Shown here in pieces: positions 52,432 to 64,000 of a stretch of 64,000 nucleotides of DNA. Source of the stretch: Chrysomallon squamiferum (taxonomy: Eukaryota; Animalia; Mollusca). The translations under genes were made by a program, and so were the position numbers. A model generated the notes under the pieces. That model was not told the DNA's origin, searched no databases, and was given only the letters and a program-made list of their open reading frames with translations. The number at the start of each line of letters is the position of its first letter. Position 1 is the stretch's first letter. The stretch spans positions 4,216,001 through 4,280,000 of the forward strand of contig CM022677.1 in NCBI GenBank assembly GCA_012295275.1. Direction: 5' to 3'.

Positions 52432-53519
52432 TAATAAATACTTCAGTGGATTTCTGTAAGTATCCATTCAAATCTGGAAAATTCCATGCAATGGGTTCAA
52501 AGTCACATGGTTTATTGTGAAGAACTTTACTTCAGTTGAAGAGGAAATAATGAATAAATATGTAAGTAAAAACTATTAACTGACATATACACATTATTAC
52601 TAAACTAATTCTTTTTTGGGGGGTTGTTTGCTGTTATTTTCTTTGTTTTTTTAATACACTGGATAAAAAAACCCTGCGTAATGCAGTCACAAAGAAGAGG
52701 TATTTTTAGACAGTGTCTGTTTTACAGAGGTTGTACTAAGCTGGACAAATTTCAGACACTACAAATTTGGACTTGTAACAACTGGATTGCTAATACAAAG
52801 ACTGATGTAGCAGATTTACTTGTGTAATAAATATTCCGTGAAATTCTTCAAGCAGTTTTCTACTATTTGATCTTACTGGGACCAGTTTCAGTATAAGGGA
52901 CCATAAGTAACTGAGAGTTGCATGTGTTAGCAGCAGTTGTGTTCTTTGACAGTGGTGGTGGTGAGGATGGTAATAATAATTACAATAACAATAAACATAA
53001 TAATACAAATGTAATGAGAAATGAAGTAGTGATTGTTAAAACGATCGATCAAAGTAGTGACTGTGGAGGAATAAGGATTTAAATGTAAACAAAACTAAAG
53101 AGTGACTGACAACACAAAACAGAGATGTGACTTTACAAAGTTGTGACTAGATATAAAAAAATAATAAATGTTAATAAAATAAATTAATTAATAAAAATTT
53201 CATCTCCATGACAACAAGAAAATATGTGTCTGTTATTCTATAGTGCAGGAAGTTTTATCTAATTTTAAAATTACTTTTATAATGATGCAGAAAACACATA
53301 ATAATAACAATAATAATAATTTAATGCAACCAAAATTAAGCCTAACAAGTCAAAATTTTAATAATTTTGATATTTCTAAAAGTAAGAATAAACTTTCCTT
53401 CAACCTGTTATCAACCTACACCTAATTTCACAGTGATTGTTTTCAAACTGTGAGAAATGGTTTTTAGAACTGTCACTAAACGAGGAGGAAAGGTGGATGT
53501 GTTTAAGTAAAAGACTTAC

Positions 53520-53617
53520 AGGAATGACCAGGAATCGGCCAGAATCTCGCGACATTTGGGCAAACTCTTCTGCAAGCTCTTGGAAAGATGGACGGCTTTC
53601 TGCATCCAACGTCCAAC
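53520..53617 (-). CDS. EGFR: EGFR-like kinase subdomain XI exon
   Basis: CWTLDAESRPSFQELAEEFAQMSRDSGRFLVIP; tttcag/GTAAGT; 98 nt. Confidence 0.9.
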
Positions 53618-53680
53618 CTGAAATTTGTTTTAATAATCCAAAAATATCCTCAGTGATTTCAACCATGTAATACTGGATAA

Positions 53681-54278
<598 letters not shown>

Positions 54279-54337
54279 TATGCATAATATTGAGAAGGAA
54301 ACTGCAGTGTCTTTGCATGACGATGTTTATGACTCAC

Positions 54338-54484
54338 ACTGGATCATGATGACGTGAACGTAGGTGGAGCAGATTGGGGGCTGTGGTAGTCGCTCTCCAC
54401 TCTCTAGGAAATCAACAAGTTTGTGGAGGCAGATGTTGTCGTATGGTGTTTGACCAAATGTAAACAGCTCCCACACAGTGACCC
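54338..54484 (-). CDS. EGFR: EGFR-like kinase subdomain IX-X exon
   Basis: [48 protein letters not shown]; ttcag/GTGAGT; 147 nt. Confidence 0.9.
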
Positions 54485-54843
54485 CTGAACAAAAAAACAA
54501 ACAATTATTTTTAAAAATTAATCACTTCCATCCTTTCAAATTTGTTTACATCCTGTATGAGTGAAATGTTTTTACTATCACAAAACAAGAATAGAAAATT
54601 AACATTCAATATTTCATTAATGAACCTGTAATATTTGTTTTTGTACTTTATTATTATCAAAGATTAGTATTAAAAATAATAATTTCAAAATGAGTAAGAG
54701 AAAGATATTTTAGACTGTCTGTTCTTATAAGTACACTTTAACTTTATTATTTATATTTTTCATTCTACAAGCAGGTGTTAAAATTGATACATCTTATTCA
54801 AAGGTCATTTCTGCATTAAAATTTAAAAAAAATAAGGTTATAC

Positions 54844-54919
54844 TATAACTCCAGACATCAGTTTTGTGCGTGAATATTCTGTCATGTATGCACTCCAGAG
54901 CTAACCACCTGAGTGGCAT
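54844..54919 (-). CDS. EGFR: EGFR-like kinase subdomain VIII-IX exon
   Basis: [25 protein letters not shown]; 76 nt; the junction codon gives Arg instead of the conserved DVWSYG glycine. Confidence 0.88.
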
Positions 54920-55132
54920 CTGAAACAGTGAAAAAGAATAAAAACCTGTTTTTCATACATTTTCTTGTTTATAGCATAAAATCTGACTTTAATCTTTTCA
55001 AAACTTCACTTCTTCAATGTTCCCTATTATTAAGAAAACAGAATTTAAACTTTTCAATAGTTAAAATATGAATTTGAACCAATTTACCAGTGTTTTTGAT
55101 TAGTAAGAAATGTGAATTACTGTTCCACTCAC

Positions 55133-55224
55133 TTTTCCACCAGCAGCTCAGTACTCTTCCTCATTGTAATCAAGAAGTTTAGCTAATCCAAAATCTGTGA
55201 TCTTCACCTGATTCGTGGTTTGTA
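55133..55224 (-). CDS. EGFR: EGFR-like kinase DFG exon with an in-frame stop
   Basis: VQTTNQVKITDFGLAKLLDYNEEEY*AAGGK; gtacag/GTGAGT. Confidence 0.88.
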
Positions 55225-55315
55225 CTGTACAAAGACAAAAAATAAAATAAACATAATGTCAAAACTTTATTTACTATTTCAGTGATTATAATAATATTAA
55301 TAATAATAATAATAA

Positions 55316-55353
<38 letters not shown>

Positions 55354-55461
55354 AATTATTACTTTTATTACTTTCATTATTACTACTTTCTATTGGATCT
55401 AGAAAATTCTGAAGATTATGTTATTGTTTAATTAATTTTTAGTATTTTTACTTTTGTTTAC

Positions 55462-55603
55462 CTGGACATTTCCTCACACACAGAGACCCCAGTGTGAATT
55501 TGGCTTCTGGATTAGGCACCATCTTACCAAGGTCAAGGTCATATGTGTACTGCTGGGGACAGTAGGGCACACAGGCACCTTCATTCAGGAAATGACGACA
55601 AGA
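55462..55603 (-). CDS. EGFR: EGFR-like furin-like CR1 exon (dimerisation-arm region)
   Basis: SCRHFLNEGACVPYCPQQYTYDLDLGKMVPNPEAKFTLGSLCVRKCP; tttcag/GTAAAC. Confidence 0.9.
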
Positions 55604-55773
55604 CTGAAAAAAAGCATTAAAAAATTAAAAAATGGTAATAGTAATAATAATAATAAATATTACTACTAATAAATTTGGGTTTCAAATGCACACACATGCA
55701 ATCACAAACAACAGACAGGGTTACATACAGTTTAGTGAGCTAATGTTTGGTCTGAGGTCAAAGTTCAACTCAC

Positions 55774-55895
55774 CAGACAGTCGGTGTTCTTGGTTCCGTT
55801 ACACCCCCCAGCACACTCGGGGTGACAGCACTGGTTCGGCAGTTTCCCATAGCAACGCCCATCACACGAGTCAGCACACTCCTCTCCATGACTTA
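55774..55895 (-). CDS. EGFR: EGFR-like furin-like CR1 exon
   Basis: [41 protein letters not shown]; ttcag/GTGAGT. Confidence 0.9.
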
Positions 55896-55941
55896 CTGAA
55901 CAACAACAACAAACAATATTAGTAATAATAATAACAATAAC

Positions 55942-56045
<104 letters not shown>

Positions 56046-56052
56046 TAATAAC

Positions 56053-56088
<36 letters not shown>

Positions 56089-56103
56089 TAATACTAATAA
56101 TAA

Positions 56104-56175
<72 letters not shown>

Positions 56176-56463
56176 TAATAATAATAATAAATAATAATAC
56201 TACCAGTAATCCAGTACTAGTACTATTACTACTACTAATAATAGAGATAATAATACTTTTTGTAGCAGAATTAGTAGCAGTAATAGTAATAACAATACTA
56301 CTACTAGTACTGCTACTACTAATACTAATACTAATGCTTCTTGTGTTATTCTGTTTTTTTATTAAGTGTTTAAAATACAGAGCACTTAACATGTATTGTA
56401 GATATTGCAAAATGGAGTTATCTCCCTACATTACAAAATGGCTGAAAACAATTTTCCAGTGAT

Positions 56464-56497
<34 letters not shown>

Positions 56498-56571
56498 TTA
56501 AACAAAAGAGAATAAGCAAAGTAATCAGTATGTATTTATTTTTATTTAAGACTAAACTGATAATTAAATAT

Positions 56572-57056
56572 GTGACACTAACACTGTGACTTATATTTCT
56601 GACACTAACACTGTGACTTACATTTCTGACATTGTGACTTACATTTCTAACATTGTGACTTACATTTCTGACACTAACACTGTGACTTACATTTCTGACA
56701 TTGTGACTTACATTTCTGACACTAACACTGTGACTTACATTTCTGACATTGTGACTTACATTTCTGACACACACTGTGACTTACATTTCTGACACTAACA
56801 CTGTGACTTACATTTCTGACACTAACACTGTGACTTACATTTCTGACATTGTGACTTACATTTCTGACACTAACACTGTGACTTACATTTCTGACACTGT
56901 GACTTACATTTCTGACATTGTGACTTACATTTCTGACACTAACATTGTGACTTACATTTCTGATATTGTGACTTACATTTCTGACACTAACACTGTGACT
57001 TACATTTCTAACACTGTCACTTACATTTCTAACACCTGTGACTTACATTTCTGACA
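56572..57056. repeat. 21/27-bp minisatellite built from an exon end plus splice donor, ~20 copies
   Basis: Units GTGACTTACATTTCTGACA[CTAACACT/TT] read GTCAGAAAT|GTAAGTCAC on the - strand. Confidence 0.93.
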
Positions 57057-57128
57057 CATGTTTGGTCCTGGTTGCAAACTGATGTTTCTTTGTTGTTGGC
57101 ATGTAACAGTTCGGATGACATTCTTCAC
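57047..57128 (-). CDS. EGFR: EGFR-like first CR1 exon, frameshifted
   Basis: CEECHPNCY in one frame and PGPNMCQK in another; ttgcag/GTAAGT. Confidence 0.75.
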
Positions 57129-57346
57129 CTGCAAAATAGATAAATAAACAAACAAATAAATAAATCAATAAAAAATAAAAAAAAAATAAAAAAATAAAAA
57201 TAAAAATAAAATAGAAATATATGTAAAACAAAGAAACAAAGAATTATTAAAATTCATTAATATCAAAAGGAAAATTTAATAAAATTTAATTATATTAAGA
57301 AAAGAGATTTAAATACATATACAGTATTTATTAATAAATGAATGAA

Positions 57347-57389
<43 letters not shown>

Positions 57390-57602
57390 TAATAAAAGAC
57401 ACAGGTTTAAATAAATATAAATATTAATTAACAAATGAATATATGATATAGACATAAGCATGTGTATATGTGAGGGTATATATATGTGTGTGTGTGTATA
57501 TATGTGTAAGTGTGTATAAGCATGTGTAGGTATGTGTGTATGTGTGTTGTGTATCTGTTATTGTGTGGCTGTGTATACATAAACACGTTTGTTCTAGACA
57601 TA

Positions 57603-57633
<31 letters not shown>

Positions 57634-57722
57634 ACATGTGTGTGTGTGTGTATAAGCATGTGTAGGTATATGTGTATGTGTGTGTGTATCTGTTATTGTG
57701 TGGCTGTGTATACATAAACACA

Positions 57723-57757
<35 letters not shown>

Positions 57758-58387
57758 TTAAATAATCTAACATTTTCCTATTAAACTCTGACTTTTGTAT
57801 ATTTGATGAGACGAGAAATCTTAAAACAGTACAGGTAACAAAGTTTACCTGAGTAATCACTTTTCTGTTGATTACCCTGTGAGTCAAAATAGACTTTGTT
57901 CTTGTAACAGTTACACGTGTTACAACCAGTTAAAGATGATAATGAAGAGAAAAAGTCTGTACAGGATGTGCAAATTTCCACTTTGTTAGACACAGGCATA
58001 GAGGAGGTGAAACTGTAAGGGGTGTTGTAGTTTTTATATCAGTGATAATAAAATGAAGGTGACTGTTTTTCAGTGAGGTTTCACCAACAGGATCAGTTTT
58101 TGTCTGAGCAAGTAGTAGCATTGTCCTGTTCTGAGTAGAACTTGGTGAATGAATTATCAAAATCTGTGACAGACTTTTTACTATCTATGAGAAGGTATTT
58201 ATAACATAATTTTTCTTGCTGACCAATGCAAGCAATTATCTGTTTGTTATATCTTCATGATTTACTGGATATACACTGACTGACAGATACACAGACAGAC
58301 AGACAGACTGGCACACACACAGACAAATACTCACATGGTCAGATATAACCCACTTCATGTTTAAAACAATGACAGACAAATACTCAC

Positions 58388-58522
58388 ATTTGTGGGTGTA
58401 ACCCACTTCATCATCAAAACTGACGGGTGTGTCCATACTGAGGCTGATGTCCTTCCAGTCGATGGTAAACACAAAACACAGCAGATTGTTGAACTGAAAA
58501 AATATCTTGCCACGGAGAATTT
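58388..58522 (-). CDS. EGFR: EGFR-like L1 C-terminal exon
   Basis: EILRGKIFFQFNNLLCFVFTIDWKDISLS; tttcag/GTGAGT. Confidence 0.9.
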
Positions 58523-59001
58523 CTGAAACAGAATACATTTTGAATTATGACATTAATTCCATATAGAGACATTTTATTTTATTTTATTTTTTTTACTGTT
58601 TTTATTTCTATTACTTTTTTAAATAAGATTTTATAAACCCTTCCATCCATCCAAATAATGATCTCTCCATCAATACATCTGTATATCCATCTTTAATATC
58701 TATCTATATATATATATAAATATATATATATATAAATACATCTATATATATCCATCTTTACATTTATCTATATTATATCCATCTATAAATATATCTATAT
58801 TATATCCATCTATAAATATATCTCTGTATATCCATATATAAATATATCTGTAAATCTACATATAAATACATATGTATATCCATCTATAAATACATCTGTA
58901 TGTCCATGTATAAATACATCTGGATGTCCATCATAAATACATATGTATATCTATTTATAAATACATTTATATATTCAATATATTCATCCATGCATCAAAT
59001 G

Positions 59002-59674
59002 TTAAAAAATAACAACAAAACTAGACTTAGCTTGTAAATTTATAAGGAGAAGTTCGTGCAATCCAATTATAGCAGTTTTAAAAATAACAACAAAACTAGA
59101 CTTACCTTGTAAATTTATAAGACAAAGTTCTTGCAGTCCAATTATAGCAGTTTTAAAAATAACAACAAAACTAGACTTACCTTGTAAATTTATAAGACAA
59201 AGTTCTTGCAATCCAATTATAGCTGAGTTTTAAAAATAACAACAAAACTAGACTTACCTTGTAAATTTATAAGACAAAGTTTATATAATCCAATTATAGC
59301 AGTTTTAAAAATAACAACAAAACTAGACTTACCTTGTAAATTTATAAGGAGAAGTTCTGCAATCCAATTATAGCAGTTTTAAAAATAACAACAAAACTAG
59401 ACTTACCTTGTAAATTTATAAGACAAAGTTCTTGCAATCCAATTATAGCAGTTTTAAAAATAACAACAAAACTAGACTTACCTTGTAAATTTATAAGGAG
59501 AAGTTCGTGCAATCCAATTATAGCAGTTTTAAAAATAACAACAAAACTAGACTTACCTTGTAAATTTATAAGGAGAAGTTTGTGCAATCCAATTATAGCA
59601 GTTTTAAAAATAACAACAAAACTAGACTTACCTTGTAAATTTATAAGGAGAAGTTCGTGCAATCCAATTATAGC
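59002..59674. repeat. 75-bp tandem repeat x9 spanning the L1 exon 3' end and splice donor
   Basis: ACTTAC (GTAAGT on -) at 59626, 59551, 59476, 59401, 59327, 59252, 59175, 59100; mutated copy at 59025. Confidence 0.95.
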
Positions 59675-59988
59675 TGACTTTGTTTGATAGTTCAGGGCTA
59701 CCAACAGACTGTAGTGTTCCTGTAAGTGTTGGTACAGAGTTTCACCTCGGATTGTTCTCAGACTTGTCAGGGGGATGTGGTGAGCGTACACGCCCACTAT
59801 CAGGACGTACCCCATCACCTCCTCGATGTTCTCCAGAAAGGACAAGTCGTAGTCGTAGTCGCTGTCAAGAAAAACAATCTCCAAGTTGCCGGCCACGTAC
59901 GTGCAGTTGGTGTACATTTGTTTGTAAGACTCGTAACAAAAAACTGCATATCCCCTAGCAACCAGGCCCTGAGAAGTACCAGTACACA
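59632..59988 (-). CDS. EGFR: EGFR-like receptor L1 domain exon
   Basis: VCTGTSQGL..YKQMYTNCTYVAGNLEIVFLDSDYDYDLSFLENIEEVMGYVLIV..IPLTSLRTIRGETLY..GLHELLLINLQ; tttcag/GTAAGT. Confidence 0.93.
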
Positions 59989-60233
59989 CTGAAATATAAA
60001 ACACAGTCATTACTATTGTTGTTCTTCTTGTTATTAATGATAATGACTTTAATTAATGACATTATATGCTTTATCTTGAAATAAAACTGATATAATATTG
60101 CAACTAACAAAGTTATTATAATACCAATATTACAATATTGTATGATTTATCAAAGGGAGATTATCAAAATGTAATTTTCCTGGCACATAACAGTTAACAG
60201 GAAGTAGCAGTTTGATTTAGCACTTGAAAATTA

Positions 60234-60272
<39 letters not shown>

Positions 60273-60416
60273 TTATATATATGTATGCATCATGCAAGTA
60301 GGTGTGCTTGTGTTTGTTTTTGTATTTCTGTATATGTTTATTAACAAAAAATCTATTATACATACAAACACTTCTGTAAACAATTTAATTTTTTTTTTTT
60401 TTTTTTATCTCTTTTC

Positions 60417-60482
<66 letters not shown>

Positions 60483-61054
60483 GTACTGGTAGTAGTAGTA
60501 TGTTAATAATAATAATTAATGTTTAAAAAATAAAAACCTGACGTCTAATTAACTTAAATTCCTGTCATTCTGTAACTTGGAATACAAATCTCTAAAGAAT
60601 GTCAACATTTATATTTGAATACTGCAGTAAAAAGATTTATATTCATTTGTTAAAGTCAACATTGTAAAGAAAGATTATTATTATTATTAAACTCCATACA
60701 CACCAGAAAATGAACTTTAAATAACAATTTTTATTTATTTCATTTTATTACCTATTTAATTTTTATTTAATTATTATTTTATTTGTTGTTTATTTGTCTG
60801 TAATGTTTATTTTTCATTAATTTAAATTATTTCAATATCAGTTACTATGGTAAACATTTTTTTTTCTGTTGCCAACAAAACCTTGAATGTAAAAAAAAAA
60901 AAAAAAAAAAAAAATAGGCCTCACTGTTATTGACCAATGAGAAATTCAAAACAGACCAATCATTTCAATTCATTTTGATTATCTGTAACTTGTCATTCAC
61001 TTATTTTCTTTTGTAATACCAGAAATCTGCAACATTTAAGTGTCTAACAATTAT

Positions 61055-61428
61055 CTGATAACCCAAACAAGACCTCACAACAATCTCATTGAATCAAAAA
61101 AAAACCACCACTAATTACATTATACTGATAACCCAAACAAGACCTCACAACAATCTCATTGAATCAAATAACAATAAAAAACACCACTAATTACATTATA
61201 CTGATAACCCAAACAAGACCTCACAACAATCTCATTGAATCAAATAACAATAAAAAACACCACTAATTACATTATACTGATAACCCAAACAAGACATCAC
61301 AACAATCTCATTGAATCAAATAACAATTAAAAACACCACTAATTACATTATACTGATAACCCAAACAAGACCTCACAACAATCTCATTGAATCAAATAAC
61401 AATTAAAACCACCACTAATTACATTATC
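61055..61428. repeat. 76-bp tandem repeat x5 in the first intron
   Basis: CTGATAACCCAAACAAGAC at 61055, 61125, 61201, 61277, 61353. Confidence 0.93.
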
Positions 61429-62426
61429 TGAATGGACATTCTTGTAACTGACCATCAAAACCAAAAATTATTCTGTCACCTAAAATGGGCCTAATTGTGA
61501 TTAAACCAATAATAAAAAAAAGAGCAACCCCATGGGAAACTGCAAAATGCAGCACATCTGACCTATTTCCAGCTACTAACTCACCATTATTACTAGCAGC
61601 ACAACACCTTTTAGTTAATAAATAAATAAATAAAACAAGAAAAAGAAAAGAAGAAACAAGAACAGGAATAAAAGGAGTAAGAAATAATAATTTAAAAAAA
61701 TATATATATCTCTGTATCTCTCTTTCTCTCTCTCACTGTCTATCTCTCATTCTCTGTCTCTCTCTCTCTCTCTCTCTCTCACTCTCTCTCATAATTATGT
61801 TATTTTATTAATATTAAATTTATTTCAAAATTCATTCAGTCTTAGTTTTTTTGTTTTTTTCTCAGTACATAATTGTTTTTGTTTTTATCGTGAATACTTT
61901 TGTAAACTTTAAGTGAAATGAAATAAAATAAAACCTTTTTTATAAATTACTCTGTTGTTTGTTTTAACTATTTACTGTAAACATTAAAAATGACAAACAA
62001 TTTTTAAAACCATTTTTTTTTTTTCCTCTTTTCTGTAGACAATTAATTATTATATAAAATAAAATGATTTTTGAAATTTACTATTTTCTATTAAATGAAA
62101 TAAATATGGTTTTTGAAATTAGTGTGTTTGTTGTTTGTTTTTAATACTTTCTGTAAACAATTATCAAATGAAATAAAGACAATTTTAAAAACTGTAATTT
62201 ACTATTTTCTGTAACAATTAATGGAAATAAAACTGATTTTAAAACAACAATGTGCTTGTTTTCTTTTCAGATAATGTATTACCAACACAACTAACATTTA
62301 TATATATTATGGGGGAGGGTATACAGATCTGCTGAATATGTTTGAGGGGAGGGTTAATTCTCTGGGAAAGGGAAGTGAAACAGTAGATAAGTGCTGGTGT
62401 ACTAGGATTAGATTAATAATAATTAG

Positions 62427-62476
<50 letters not shown>

Positions 62477-62562
62477 TTAAAGAATTTAATCTTTATAAAT
62501 TTTATTTTCGATTCCATTTTTTATTATTTATTTTTAAATTACTTTTTTATTTATATATTTTT

Positions 62563-62618
<56 letters not shown>

Positions 62619-62752
62619 CGTTAAATATAAATATAAAATGAAAAATAAAACTAAAACTAAGGGCCCGGTTAGATATTATACAACGCTACATTTGCCAGGT
62701 GAAAACACGTTTTTGAACTCCCTGTCATTTTGGAAAACAAAATTCAACCTAC

Positions 62753-62834
62753 CTTGTTCGTCCGCTAAATTCATCAGTCCAGAGGTAATCCATAGCGAAG
62801 TCAAAGACAACACTAAGGCACAGTAAAATGTCAT
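62753..62834 (-). CDS. EGFR: EGFR-like signal-peptide exon, proximal copy
   Basis: gccATG; MTFYCALVLSLTSLWITSGLMNLADEQ + G|GTAGGT; phase 1 joins the L1 exon as V-C-T-G-T. Confidence 0.8.
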
Positions 62835-62879
62835 GGCATAAATCAAGCTTCCAAACAATTTTATATTTTTTAAATTACG

Positions 62880-63015
62880 AAAGTTGTTAAAGTGTCCCCG
62901 GTCCGCGCGCTTTCTCTAATAGTCTCGCCGGAACTTCGGAATACTTCGGGATTCTGTGCTCGTGTCGGAAACGACTTGTTCCCCTTGGGTGGGGCGCGCA
63001 GCACTTTTCACCCGT
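62880..63015 (-). promoter_or_regulatory. CpG-rich putative promoter/5' UTR of the proximal first exon
   Basis: CpG-dense patch with CCGGAA (ETS-like) and GGGTGGGGCG, immediately upstream of the ATG exon. Confidence 0.5.
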
Positions 63016-63022
63016 GATAAAT

Positions 63023-63077
<55 letters not shown>

Positions 63078-63169
63078 GTCAAAAATTAAAGAATTTAATC
63101 TTTATAAATTTTATTCTCGATTCCATTTTTTATTATTTATTTTTAAATTACTTTTTTATTTATATATTT

Positions 63170-63232
<63 letters not shown>

Positions 63233-63368
63233 CGTTAAATATAAATATAAAATGAAAAATAAAACTAAAACTAAGGCCCCGGTTAGATATCACACAACGC
63301 TACATTTGCCAGGTGAAAACGCGCATTTTTGAACTCCATGTCATTTTGGAAAACAGAATTCAACCTAC

Positions 63369-63450
63369 CTTGTTCGTCCGCTAAATTCATCAGTCCAGAG
63401 GTAATCCATAGCGAAGTGAAAGACAACACTAAGGCAAAGACAATTTTCAT
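63369..63450 (-). CDS. EGFR: EGFR-like signal-peptide exon, distal copy
   Basis: accATG; MKIVFALVLSFTSLWITSGLMNLADEQ + G|GTAGGT; 82 nt, phase 1. Confidence 0.8.
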
Positions 63451-63489
63451 GGTAAATCAAGCTTACATACACAATTTTGAATTACTATA

Positions 63490-63580
63490 GTTGTTAAAGT
63501 GTCCCCGGTGCGCGCCCTTTCACTAATAGTCTCGCCGGAACTTCGCAATACTTCGGGATGCTGTGGCCGTGACGTCATGC
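63490..63580 (-). promoter_or_regulatory. CpG-rich putative promoter of the distal first exon
   Basis: Paralogous CpG patch with CCGGAA and a full CRE palindrome TGACGTCA at 63570-63577. Confidence 0.5.
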
Positions 63581-64000
63581 ATATTTTCTAACTGATTAAT
63601 TATTATTATTTCAATGAATTATAACATTGCCCCTACTTTTTAAATGACCAAGTCGAAATGATCTACCAACAGTAAAAACGCAAAACATTTATCTATTTAT
63701 TTTATTTATTTATACTAAGTATACTTATATTTACAATATATGTTGTTGTAATTGCATAACAGCGTGAACCTGTATGGCACAATAGAAGTCTGTACATGTT
63801 TGGCCTTCACCTTACTCTGATAAAGTGCACTTGCACTTGCAGAATGGATGATACGTTTTTTTTTTAGTGTCATGCGATCTACCCACACTGTCTATGCGAT
63901 CATTTCGTGAAAATAAACGTTTTCAACGTTTACAAAAGGTGTCCAGTGTGACGCAACATTTTCAAAAATCTGCCCGGGGTCGGGACAAATATTTCAACGT

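Overview
AT-rich, microsatellite-dense animal genomic DNA with GT-AG introns. Composition and repeats suggest an invertebrate, possibly a mollusc (inference only). Most ORF-track entries are microsatellite artefacts. Contents: (1) the 3' part of a + strand EGF-repeat single-pass membrane protein gene (531-5712); (2) a ~5.9 kb 39-bp tandem array that reads as one large acidic repeat exon (MEVDPFDDRDIQL x ~150), followed by a 24/30-bp minisatellite; (3) a damaged - strand LRR gene (~20270-22996); (4) several minisatellites, a palindrome and a LINE 3' remnant; (5) a 7.6 kb array of ~212-nt units separated by long (GA)n tracts, each holding a ~33-bp pri-miRNA-sized hairpin in two sequence-divergent but structurally equivalent versions; (6) a - strand EGFR/ErbB-family gene (63450 to at least 53520) with two tandem signal-peptide first exons, amplified splice donors, a large internal deletion, a frameshift and a stop. 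Scattered frameshifts and garbled repeat copies suggest imperfect consensus, so single-base lesions need read-level confirmation. All alignments and foldings were done by eye.
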